Positions 53,298 to 64,000 of a stretch of DNA of 64,000 nucleotides are shown here, piece after piece. A model generated the notes under the pieces. It did not search any database. It was not told the origin of the DNA and saw only the letters and a program-made list of their open reading frames with translations. Made by a program: the position numbers and the translations under genes. How positions within the stretch are numbered: the stretch's first letter is position 1; each line of letters opens with the position of its first letter. Source of the DNA: Geosiphon pyriformis uo1 (Eukaryota; Fungi; Glomeromycota); assembly GCA_016748015.1 (NCBI GenBank), contig JAAOMT010000283.1:500108-564107 (forward strand), in the 5' to 3' direction.

Positions 53298-56200
53298 TTA
53301 GATTTGTCTTATTCGTGACAAACTGTTCACATTTCCATTGTCTTTTCCTTTCTTATAGTGTATAGTATAAGTATATCATGAAAGTGCCATTTTCCATCTG
53401 GATTGGTGACCATCATCACATTCTTGCTTTTGAAGTGATGTTAATCTTTTATGATCCGTGTATATATCAAACTTTTGGCTCAAGTATTCATTCCACTTCA
53501 TAACTGCCCAATAGATTGCTAAGTGTTTTTGTTCTGGTGTTCCATAGTTCTTTTCGGCTAGTGTTAAACTTCGGCTGGCATATACTACTGGATGTTCTCT
53601 GCTGTCTGGTCTTCTTTGAGATAGTACTGCTGCTAATGCTTGGCCGGATGCATTGGTAGTAATGATGAATGGTTTGCTGTAATCTGGATAGATCAGTACT
53701 AGAGCTTGGATGAGCTTTCTTTTCAGAATATCAAAAGCTTCTTGTTGACTTTCTGTCCATTTATATTTTGTATTTTTGTTTTGCAGTTGGTTGAGTGGCT
53801 GCACTATTAGAGAAGTTCTTAATAAAACGTCGATAGTAGCTGGTAAATTCCAAGAATGATTTCAGTTCTGTCAAATTGGTCAGCACTGGAAAGTTCTTTA
53901 CTATCTCTATTTTCTTTGGATCCGTTTTGATGTCGTCTTTACTGACTATGTGTTCCAAAAATTTTAGTTTTGTCTTGCCAAAGAAGCACTTTGTTGTATT
54001 TAACTTTAGTTTTGCTCTTTTTAGTCTTTCGAACACTTGTTGAAGATAATGAAGATGATCATCAAACGTTTTTAAGAATACATTGGTGTTGTCTAAGTAT
54101 ACAACTACTGATTTCCACAATAAGCCAGTATAAATGATTTTCATTAGCCATTGGAAAGTGGCTGGAGTGTTGGTTAAGCCAAATGGCATCACTTCAAATT
54201 CGAAATTCTCTTCTCTAGTGGTGAATGCTGTCTTCTCTTTGTTAGCTGAATTCATGGCTACTTGCCAATAACCACTATTCAAGTCTAATGTTGAGAACCA
54301 TTTGTTTCCACTGAAAACGTCGAATAATTCCTGTATTCGTGGAGTTGAATAGCTGTTTCCACAAGTTATACTGTTGAGTTTCTTGTAGTCCACACAAAAT
54401 TGGATTTTTCCATTCTTTTTACAGACAAATACCACTGGTGATGACCATGGGCTCATTAATGGTTAAATTAGCCCATTGTCAAGCATTCAGTTTATCTCTT
54501 GACGAATGATCTCATGGCTGGCTGGCAGCATTCTATATGCTCTTTGTTTGATTGGCATTGTATCTCTAGTCTTGATCTGATGCTGGATGATGTCAGTTCA
54601 GCCAAACTCATTTTCACTGGCAAAGATGTTATTGAAATTGTTGAGCAATATCTTGAGCTGCATATATTGGAGTGGATCTAAGTTTCTCATGTTTATTTGT
54701 TCTAATTGTTTTGGTTGGAGCAAATAACATTTGTCTCATCCATTGATTGTTTATAATGTGATATTAACATATCTACAAAGTTGTGGAAAATCTGGAATGG
54801 GGTTTGGTGGTTGGTCTTCTATTTCTGTGGTTAAATATCTGATGGTGGTTCCTTCTGGTATGTTAATGATATTGTCAGTGTTGTTGTAGATGGGAATTTT
54901 TATGTGGCTATAGCTTTTGGCTGGTATGTGGAGATTGATCAACCCAATTTCTCTTGATTCACAAAGGTTTGCTTCAGCTTCAAAAATCTGTTCTTGCTTC
55001 TTTTCTTTTCTTTCTATTGCTAACATGTACTGGCTATATGATGGAATAGAAATAGCTTGACCGGTTAAGATAATTTCTCCTTGGCCAACAATTTTTTCCT
55101 CCGTCATATTAACTGGTACATCTATTCTACCTGTTGATCCAAATCTCTGTATCCCTTTTGCTGTTATTCCTAACTCTTTCCTATTTCCCACTGGTACTAA
55201 CTGAGCTATCTTAACCAATGGTAAGAATATTGCCTGTGCTATCTTTTCATTTGGCTCTATTATATAGGCCTTTTTTGAGTCATTTTGTAGCATAGCAATA
55301 ATATTTTCTACATATTCTGTGTCAATTATTCCTCCTCTTATATTAATCCCTCTTTTTGCTAAACTACTCTGGGATGCTAGTTGAACCATTGTTGTTGTTG
55401 GGATTTCCAGCGCTATTTTTAGATCAATGCAGATGCGCAAATATGGTTTCAATTTAATAAAATTTTTTCCAGGATATCTCAGATCAAACCCTGCATCAGT
55501 ATTATGTGCTTGTTCTGGCATAATGCTTTCGCCATTGTTACTGTACCATTTTAACTCCTGTTTTTTGGAGAAATCTGGTAGAGTGATGTATTATTCATAG
55601 TTAGGATTGGAGTCTGCATTGTTGATATTTTCATTGTCACATTGCGTGGAACTGGAACTGGTGTTTTCATCGTCGTCATTGTCAGAGTTTGAATTGGAAT
55701 TGTAAACTAATTCCAATTCTGATGTGCAGCTGTTGATTGGTTTCTCTTCCTTGGGGATTGTGTAGATCATGCATGGTAGTGGATTGTAGATGAGGTTACA
55801 TAGAATTAAACAGTGGTCACATAACCTGGTGTTTATTTCTTCCAAGTGTTGCTTCTGTTCCTCCCTTGTAGATGCTAATTCTTGGTAATGTTCATAGAAT
55901 TGCTCCAGATCTAGAAGATTTATGACTGGTTCTGGGTTCCAGTCAAGTTCTATGGGCTCTGGAGGATTGTTCTTGATTTTTTTAATCTCTTCAGGTGTTG
56001 CTCCTTCTATTTTGGCAATTGCCATTCTCCAAATTTTGTCATTGTCATGTAGACAACTGTCCAGTTGCTGCATGGCTCTTCTCCAGGCTGTTTCTATTGG
56101 GGTTCTTTTCCTTACCCAGTCACTTATTAGAATCATGTATTAACATGACACATTGCACGTTCCTTCATGTTCTGGAATGTCATTCCACATCCCTTCATCT

Positions 56201-59200
56201 AGCAGGGTCTTCCCACAAGTGAGACAAGGTTGGTTATCCCATTTTTCTTGCCTCTTTGGTCATCCAAAATGTTTGAGTAAACATGGATGACAGTAGAACT
56301 TTGTTACAGTGTGGTATTTCTCATCATCGCCACAGCATGTGCCCATTAATGACAGTTTCTTGCCGCAATCAATGCATACAAGCCTTGGTTGTCAATAATT
56401 GGATTGTTGTGGAATGTGGTGAGTATAGAAATTACAAATGGCGGTGGTGAGTGGCATTCCTTCTTCTTTTTCTTTTCCCTTATCTTTGTTTCATTCCCAA
56501 CTTGAGGCTTTTTCTTGTTCATTGTTGGTCCAAGTCAGATCATCGGTTTCTCAGGTAAGTTTGTTTGTTTGCTTTCCTTTCCTGTTGTCATCCCAAGAGA
56601 GTATTGGTAGCAGCTCGTTGTGCTCTTCATCAGCCCACAACACTTGGTAGGCTTCCCAGGTAGGTTTTGGTTTTTCTTTCTCGAAGTCAATTAGTAGTGC
56701 CATAGTGTTGGTAGTCTTGAAGTGGCCACATATTGTTGATACTCATGTGTGTTATCTGTTCTGACTGAGTTTAAGCTCTTGTGTATTCCAGTCCAGAGTG
56801 GCATTTGTCTTAGACAGCCAGTCATTACCAACTAGAGCTTGGTATTGGGTGGCTTCCATGACAAGTACTTTGATTGGTACTATGATGCCATTAATTTCGA
56901 TTAGTAAATCATCGATTTCACTGATTAAAGTCTTGGTCACTCTATCAGCTGTGATGATTTTGGTGCTGGCAGCTCGATCAACTTGGCAACTTAATTGATC
57001 CATGAGTTGTCATGTGATGATGCTGCCTGCTGAACCACTGTCAAGAATTAGTTTGATGGGATGGCTATCAATTTTCACATCGGTGTACATGATGGTAATT
57101 GGCTTTTCTTTCAGTACAGCTCCATTGAATAATGGCATGGTTGACAGTTCCTCGAGTTTGAATGGAAAAATGGCATCCAAAGATTTGTCTTCCATGATTG
57201 TAGCAGATAGAATGTTGTTGGTAAGTGTTTGTTCGAGTTCTTGGTTGTTGGGTATGGTGTTTTCTGGAGTAACTAAGAGACTTAAATAGTTTTGGGAATT
57301 CAGGTTTTGGGTGGCGCCTGTACCTGAATTTCGAAAACAGAGTTCTGAGCTTTGGTGAGAGGAGCTGGAAATCAGTTAATGAACAACCATCACCGATCTC
57401 CAATTTTGAGCAATTTTGAGTCTTAGGTTTCCTAATGTTATTGTAGCTGAGTTTTGGAGCTGTGTTTAGATTGATGGTTGAGACTGATAAATTATTTGGG
57501 ACTGCAGCTGATAAATTACTGAAGACTGCTGTTAATAAATTGCCAGTGGCTGTGGTTGATAAACTAGAGATTGATATATTGGCAGTTAATAAATTGGTTG
57601 CTGCGTCATTGACAGATAAGTATTTTGATATTGGTCTTAATCTTGATTTGGATAACAATTTGAAGTTTGGAACTAGTGATCGGGGTTTCTGTGTTGATTT
57701 CCTGATCGTTGGTTGCTATAAGTATGGCAATTAACTCGAATATAGCCTTGTTTACCACAATTGTGGCAGACATGCATTTCTGGCTGTTATGGCAGATTAG
57801 ATGCTGTTGAAAATGATGGATGTGATTGATTTTGGAAACGATTCACATTTCCTGAATTATTGCATCATTGTGGTGGTTGATATATGGCACAATTATCAGC
57901 TAAGTATCCCTCTAATTTCTGATTAATTGATTTACTGAATTGTTTTAATTTGGAATCCAATTCAGATAATCCATTCATTACTAGGTTTACCACTTAGGCG
58001 TGGTTGCCTTCTAACTCAGCTGCTTCAAAATCTCTGGTGTGTGTAACTGCAGTAGAGAGGTCAACTGGATGTATTGGGCATACTCGCTGGAGGAGGTTAC
58101 TGTGCAAACCTCTAATAAATTGGTTCAAAATCTGTGGTGCTGTAAAATAGTCAGCTTGAATTGCTTGAATTTGGCACAGGTTTCTATGGAAGTGTCTCAA
58201 GTAAGTGGTAACTGTTTCAGTATCTCCTTGTTTAATGGTGGTAAAGAGGTTGGCTAACTTGTTGATGCTATTGTTGTTGCTGAAATATCTTACAAATTCC
58301 ATCTTGAAGTCATTGAAGGTTTGGGGTTTGACAGCTAGACTTTGATACCATGTATCCGCAGTGTCCCTTAAAAAGTATGGGATGGCTTGAAGTCCTCGAG
58401 CATCATTCTATCCATTTGCAATGATGGCTTTCTTTATATCATTTAGCCATACTTGTGCATTGTCTTCTTCACTGGTAAAGTTGTCAAGTTTTGCGATTGG
58501 TGCATAGGCCATTGGATCTAAATTGGGTTGTTGTGGTGGCTGTTGAAGCAGTTGTTGTTGTACTGGTTGTTGGAGTAGTAGTTGAAATGACTGTTGTATG
58601 AATTCGGTTACTGGATTAATCAGCAGTTGATCGATGACGATTACTGGAGATAAGTTTTGCTAATTAATTAATTCAGAGTTTGAATTGTTCCGCCTTTGAT
58701 GATTCGAAGTTTTGATTTCCGAATTTTTTAGATTTAGATTTTGCTGAGCTTGAAGATTTGGGATTTCAACTTCTGAGTTTTCAGTAATCAGGTTTTGGTA
58801 AGTAAATTCTTGATTTTCTGATTTTTTTTCCTTTTTTTCTTCAGATAGTTCTCATGGAGTAGTGGTTTCAAAGTCTGGTTGAGATGGCGGTGATCGAATT
58901 TCTGATGGAGTTGGTGATTGTGATTTAAATCCCTCAAAATATTTGCCATATGGTTTTAATAGATTTGTTTTCCTTTGTTTACTTTAGAATGGAAATCATC
59001 TGAATGTTGATATCACATTTGATGTGGATGTGCTTGCTGATGTTATATTGATGGCACTTTCTGGTATGTAGTGATAGGATGGAACAGTTGGTGATTCAAC
59101 TCTTGTTTTCTTCTAAGTGGGTGGTTGTATTTTTTTGGGTGTTACTGCTGGTGTTTGTAGTTTTCCTTTGCCTTTACTGGCATAAGTAATTGGATATCTT

Positions 59201-59490
59201 TGTTGGGTGTGATGTTCAATTTTTTTGTTGATCTCAGTAATGATGAAGGCAAAATTGTGATTTGTTGGCAGGTTGGTATTTTGAATTAATTTTCTGTAAA
59301 AAGTTTCTCTGGCTGATTCAGTATTCACTGGTGTTCCTAACAAAGAGGAAATCTTTTTGTTAACATAGAAATTAAAGGCTGATTCAGTAGATATATGATT
59401 GTGGTTTAATTCCAAGTGTTGACAATAGTGTTAAAATAAAAATTTCACAAATCTTAAATGGTTTGCTCCTATGTTTTCTGATTCTGCCAC
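53298..59490 (-). pseudogene. Element G Gag-PR-Cys-rich-dUTPase-RT-RNase H polyprotein
   Basis: Capsid; CHNCGKQGYIRVNC; LILDSGS; dUTPase; MPFGLTNTPATFQ, YLDN; ends SLSRIRQI*. Confidence 0.92.
55129..55521 (-). pseudogene. dUTPase domain of element G
   Basis: DAGFDL, ASQSSLA, GGIIDTEYVENI, EKIAQ, GIQRFGSTG. Confidence 0.93.
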
Positions 59491-59533
59491 TTTTGGTTTG
59501 GTGTTGTTGATGCTGGTTCTCGGTAGAATTATA

Positions 59534-59550
59534 CCTCACAGAGAGCACCA
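59534..59550 (-). promoter_or_regulatory. PBS of element G
   Basis: TGGTGCTCTCTGTGAGG 2 nt from the LTR end. Confidence 0.9.
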
Positions 59551-59552
59551 AA

Positions 59553-60400
59553 TGTTATAAGTGATTATTTGGGGTCTTGAATCAAATAACAAACTCGTAA
59601 CTTGGTGCTCAAAAGCTATTTCCATTGATGATGTTCTAAAAGTGTTGTATCTGAAAGTTTTGATGGAGTTCTTTGTATAATAGACAGAGATTCAATAGTT
59701 GTTTTATTTGTAGCTTCCCAGACTCACAAGTCTGTCAATTTTTTTCTCAGCTTGGTGGCCAGCAATCCTCTGGTAAGTAATCTGTATCTTCTGTATGTGT
59801 TCTACTCTCTCACAGGGGTCTTTTACCAGGCAATTTTTGACATCAATAATCAGTGCTTTCAATCAATTGGTTAGTGCACAATAACAAAATCACAGAAAAA
59901 TAAAGAAAATAAAGAAATCTAAAGAAATAAGCCAAGGCAATTTGCAGATTAGTATTCCATCAATAGCCATTATCAAGAGCTATTGTTCCAGTGTGGTTAA
60001 GTATTAATTACTATCAACATGGAGTGTTGATAGTGGAGAGTGAATTGAGATATGAAATAATTATTTATTTGATGATTGTGTTTCTAGCTAAAGATTCTGT
60101 GGTATTGATTTTGTCTTTTCTGTTTCTAATACTACTGCTATATATACATATTTAAGATTCCTCAATTCCTTAATTTCTTGTGACAGGAATCCTGGAATTC
60201 CTGGAATCCTGCGATTCCTGATGAGAAGAATCCTGGAATTCTGGAATCCTGCGATTTTTTATCGGGAAATCCTGAAATTTCTGGAATCCTGCAATTCTTC
60301 TGAAAAGAATTTTGGAATTCCATATTTACTATGTCTATTTTTGATTGGCTAATATCTACTGACTACTAATACTATATTTTCTTATATTCTATGAGTAACA
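59553..60400 (-). repeat. 5' LTR of element G
   Basis: TGTTAC...ATAACA on the minus strand; U3 GGAATTCC/GGATTCC repeats. Confidence 0.9.
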
Positions 60401-63400
60401 CTGGTTGGTGCTGGTTGAGATGAGGCATTACTACAATTTAGGGATCATGATGGTACACTGTTAGTTGGCATCTGATTGTTGCTGGGGTTCTTTCATCTTT
60501 GGTTGTAATTAATTGCATAATGTCTAAATTGGTTATTAACGGGGTTTTGGTACTGAAGTGCTACTTAAGCTATTGGCTGTAATAATTGGTAGTAGTTCTA
60601 AGACAGTTGCTGGATATACTGAATTTGTTGTGAGTATTAAGGTGGTTAACATTGAGGCGTGGGTATTGGAATACCATGTTTTGAGGATATCTCAGTTGCT
60701 AATATTGATTTCCTTAATTTTGGTTTATTACTTTTTTATGGCAGTTCCAGATGATATGTCCAGATTTTTGGCAATAGTAACAATTATGGAAATTGGATCT
60801 CCAAAGTTATTATTGTTGCTGATGATTCTGTTGTTGTTGGTATTTGTTGTTATTACTATCTCTTTGTTGTGGTAACTGGACAGTACTGGCTAAAAATCTC
60901 TCAATTTTCTGAGTTAATTTCTTACTTAATTGAGTTATTTTTGTGTCAATATTGAATATTCTATTGATAGCCAGATTAACAGCTTGATTATAGTTAGCCT
61001 TTTGTTTTGCTGACTTAAAGTCACAAGCAAGAATAACTGTCTCTTGTAGAGTTGTCAGATGGTAGAATTTTATGGATTAGAGGAGGCTGCTTTTTAATCT
61101 TTTGACAAATTAATTAAAGATTTATGCCACAGTGTAGTAGTCTCTTTCAATGGCCTGGATTTAACAAAGAATTTGGTTGAATTATCCAAGATAAGTGGTT
61201 ACTGCTTCATGATCTTTTTGTTTTATGATACTGAACTGATTTTGTAATCTAATAAGAGTGTTAAGGTTACAAAAGTATTGCAGAAAGGCAAGTTTGAAGA
61301 TGACAAAGTCAGTTGGTTTTTTTGCAAGGCTTTAATACCATAAGTCTGCAGTTCTGGTCAGAAAGAATGGCAACACTTAAATAGTCCTATCCTCATTCCA
61401 ATTGTTGGCAGTATGGCTTTCTTGGCTTCTGCAATCCATGTATATGCATTATCTTCTTTACCAGAGAATTTCTCTAATTTGGCAATATCTTAATAAGCCA
61501 TGATTTGGTGAGTAGATGGAGTCTTACTGTTTAATGCTGAGAGATTTGGTGTTTACGTTGTTACCAGAAGTTTTTGGTCTCTTTTCTTAAATGTTGTCGA
61601 TGCTTGTTTGCTGTGAATTCATGTTTTCTGGATGTGGTTGAACCTCCAGTAACTTGAATTTATTTTCAAATTATCTCCTATAATTTGAACTTGCTGGGCT
61701 TATGAGTGGAATGGCCAATTCCATGCCAGTTGCTTTATGTAGTTACATTGTAGTAAACATCAACTCTTTCCCAGGAATTGCTTGTCTAGAAGCTCACTAA
61801 AAATGTGTAGTTACTTTGCTGTGCAAGTTAACTCTTCTACAGGAATCTTGTCTGTAGACTACCCTAATGATTGTAATAAGAAAAGAAAAATAAATAAAAG
61901 AAATGTAAAAGAAATAGGATTTTTATCAAGGGAAACGTTTTTCTATTCAGGCCCGGAGTTACTAACAGTTTACTGAAATTAGTAGCTAATCAATTTCAAA
62001 ATGTTAGTTGGGTTTTGGGGATTTTTCAAGTACAATAATTAAAGAATTTGGTTTTTTGAATTATTTAATATTTATTTCTTTTTGTGTGTATAGAAATGGT
62101 TTTTAAGAGATAAATCTAAAGTAAGATACATTTTCTCAAAGAGAGAAGCTCTTCTTTTATACAACTTGTTGTAACACTATTCTATGAACTTGAACTTTGC
62201 TATTTTTTACAATTTCACTGAACTAAAGATATATTTCAGTGAACTGCAAGTTATTTCTGCAAACTATTAGATATTTTAGTGAACTATCAATTATTTTGGT
62301 GAATTTCTACAAATTTTGGCGAACTTTTGAATGTTACATAGTTTAGGGTATTGCATGATTGATCATCACAATTAGGTTACATTTGTGTTGTGTACAAATT
62401 GGGTTAATTAAATGATAATTTCGGACATTTTGCTAATGTAATAAGTAATAATTTGAAACGATAATATATGCTAATTAATGATAGGAATTATAAGATAATT
62501 TCATGCTAAATAATATTTCTAATTTCATTTAGTAACAACGTGCCAGGGTTTTCTCCTGGTGCTAATTTTGGTTGTTTCCTTTTGTTAATTTTCCCAATGG
62601 GCTGGAGAATAACTGTTTCTTCAGAGGAAGTAGTTAATAATTTGGTCAAGAGTTGGATTGGTGGTGGTTCCCATGTTGATGTATTTCCATCTGTTTTATT
62701 GATTATTAGAGTGAGATTTCCAAACAATGATCTGTATTTTCTTAATGATTTGGTTCAATTGTGTTAATCCCAGAGGTGTAGATTTCCAGGAGTTTATGGT
62801 GTTTTCAACTGGGTTTTCAGGAGTGAGTTGAATACAATTCTACTTTGGAGTGTTTGATGATATAATGGAATTGTTAGAGAGAGGAATCTTGGTTTCTTGT
62901 TGACTGTAGACTTGGCTTGAGCAGTTGTGAGGTTGTTGGATTTGTCTTTGTATTCCTCAGAGTTAGATTCCACTGGTTGTTGTACTTGAGGAAATTGTTT
63001 TGCCATATAATATTTAATGTTTGTGTTGATTATGCACAGAGTTTTAGTGATTGCTTAGGTAATCATGGCTGTTGGGTATCCTAATAAACTTTAATGGATT
63101 TGTTCCCCCAGTTTTCTTGTGTCAGTTGTATAGCCTAATAAACAGTCAATTTTTGCATTAATATAGTTACAAAAATCACTTTCTGCATAAGCAGTTTATG
63201 CTGGTATTCCTAGATTTTTTTAAAAGTATTGAAATAATGCTCTTCCATATGAAAAGTTGTCTTTTTTTACTGTTCCAATAGTCACAACTTTTGTGAATTT
63301 CTGGAGTACTCTGTCTTTGTGGATTTATAATCTCACAGAAAACATCAAATGTTATGGGTAAACTTGGTGGAGTATAGAAATGGTAACATTTGGTGCTCTC

Positions 63401-64000
63401 AATAATTGGTAATACATCTTTTGTGTAATTCCATTGGCTTAGTCTTAATTATCAGTCTCTAAAAGTCTTATCTACTGGTTGTGAATTTATCTGTTGAGTT
63501 CTTTGGTTATAAGACACAAAGTTTTGGTTCTCATTGATTGTAACTTCTTATAAAGATGAGCTTTTTTTTCTAAGCTAATGAGTGCAGTCATTAAGATCTG
63601 GTATTGTATTTTTGCCCTTCTGGTAAGTTATCAAGATAATGTTAATATCCAAAACCTAAAAAGAGCTTCTTTTTTTTACCAAACTATCACAAAGTCTATT
63701 CCCAAACAGTTAATTTTACTATGTTGCCACTCCACAAAAGAAAAATAAAAAAAAAAGAAAATAAAAAAAAAGATAAATTAGTATTGTCAATCATCATGAT
63801 CAAGAGCAATTGGTCCAAATCGTAAATAGTTCGAGGTAGTTATGCTAAGAGCATCTGTTCTAAAACGAAGATATAAATCAATGGTTAATTCATGTGAATT
63901 TCACAAAGTTTGAGAACATGAATTTATGATTCTGATTTCTTAATAATTGATTTATTTCAGAAGATAAACATAGAATATAATAAATAAAGAGATATGGATA
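60401..64000 (-). mobile_element. Gypsy element H, 5' part (LTR 63350 to beyond the window, PBS 63331-63347, N-terminal ORF and capsid)
   Basis: Capsid MAY*DIAKLEKFSGKEDNAYTWI at ~61500; C-family LTR; decayed PBS tgatgttttctgtgaga. Confidence 0.85.
61559..62537 (-). repeat. Solo LTR of the element E family inserted in H gag
   Basis: TGTTAC/GTAACA termini; perfect TSD acgt/acgt. Confidence 0.92.

Larger units (their letters stand above)
51366..60400 (-). mobile_element. Gypsy element G (A/B lineage), lacking its 3' LTR; inserted in element H
   Basis: 5' LTR 59553-60400; PBS 59534-59550; polyprotein, IN 51851-53233 and truncated ORF3; least decayed copy. Confidence 0.9.

Noticed and set aside
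45938-62537. Inverted E-family LTRs as terminal inverted repeats of one giant element
   Set aside because: The 61559-62537 copy has its own acgt/acgt TSD inside H gag, so it is an independent solo LTR

Overview
AT-rich eukaryotic (fungal) DNA. About 90% of it is a deeply nested stack of decayed Ty3/Gypsy LTR retrotransposons, plus one APE-type LINE and one intact host gene. The TE protein families resemble those I associate with Glomeromycota, e.g. Geosiphon pyriformis (inference only). I could resolve LTR ends (TGTTA...TAACA), PBS (TGGTGCTCYYTGTGAGG), PPTs and 4-bp TSDs by eye. Left block, outermost first: relic 35563-37077 > relic LTR 34924-35562 > element F (-, 30705-34923) > element A (+, 1102-30704). 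A contains upstream element Z (in its 5' LTR), element B (-, 6459-19211, holding two solo LTRs) and element D (+, 20258-27981). The host gene at 38939-41859 has 4 exons and encodes a HARE-HTH/GDS1-like winged helix fused to a PP2C phosphatase. Right block: a LINE interrupted by element E (+), then elements G and H (-) and a solo LTR. The most unusual signal is the element architecture. The Gag-PR-(Cys-rich)-(dUTPase)-RT-RH polyprotein stops after RNase H in all four copies that retain that region. Integrase follows as a separate ORF with its own ATG, then a third conserved ORF of unknown function. U5 folds back onto the PBS, and every visible target site has a central YR (often CpG) step. All TE ORFs are pseudogenised, mostly by C>T/G>A decay. 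One 627-bp duplication around an N gap is probably an assembly artefact.
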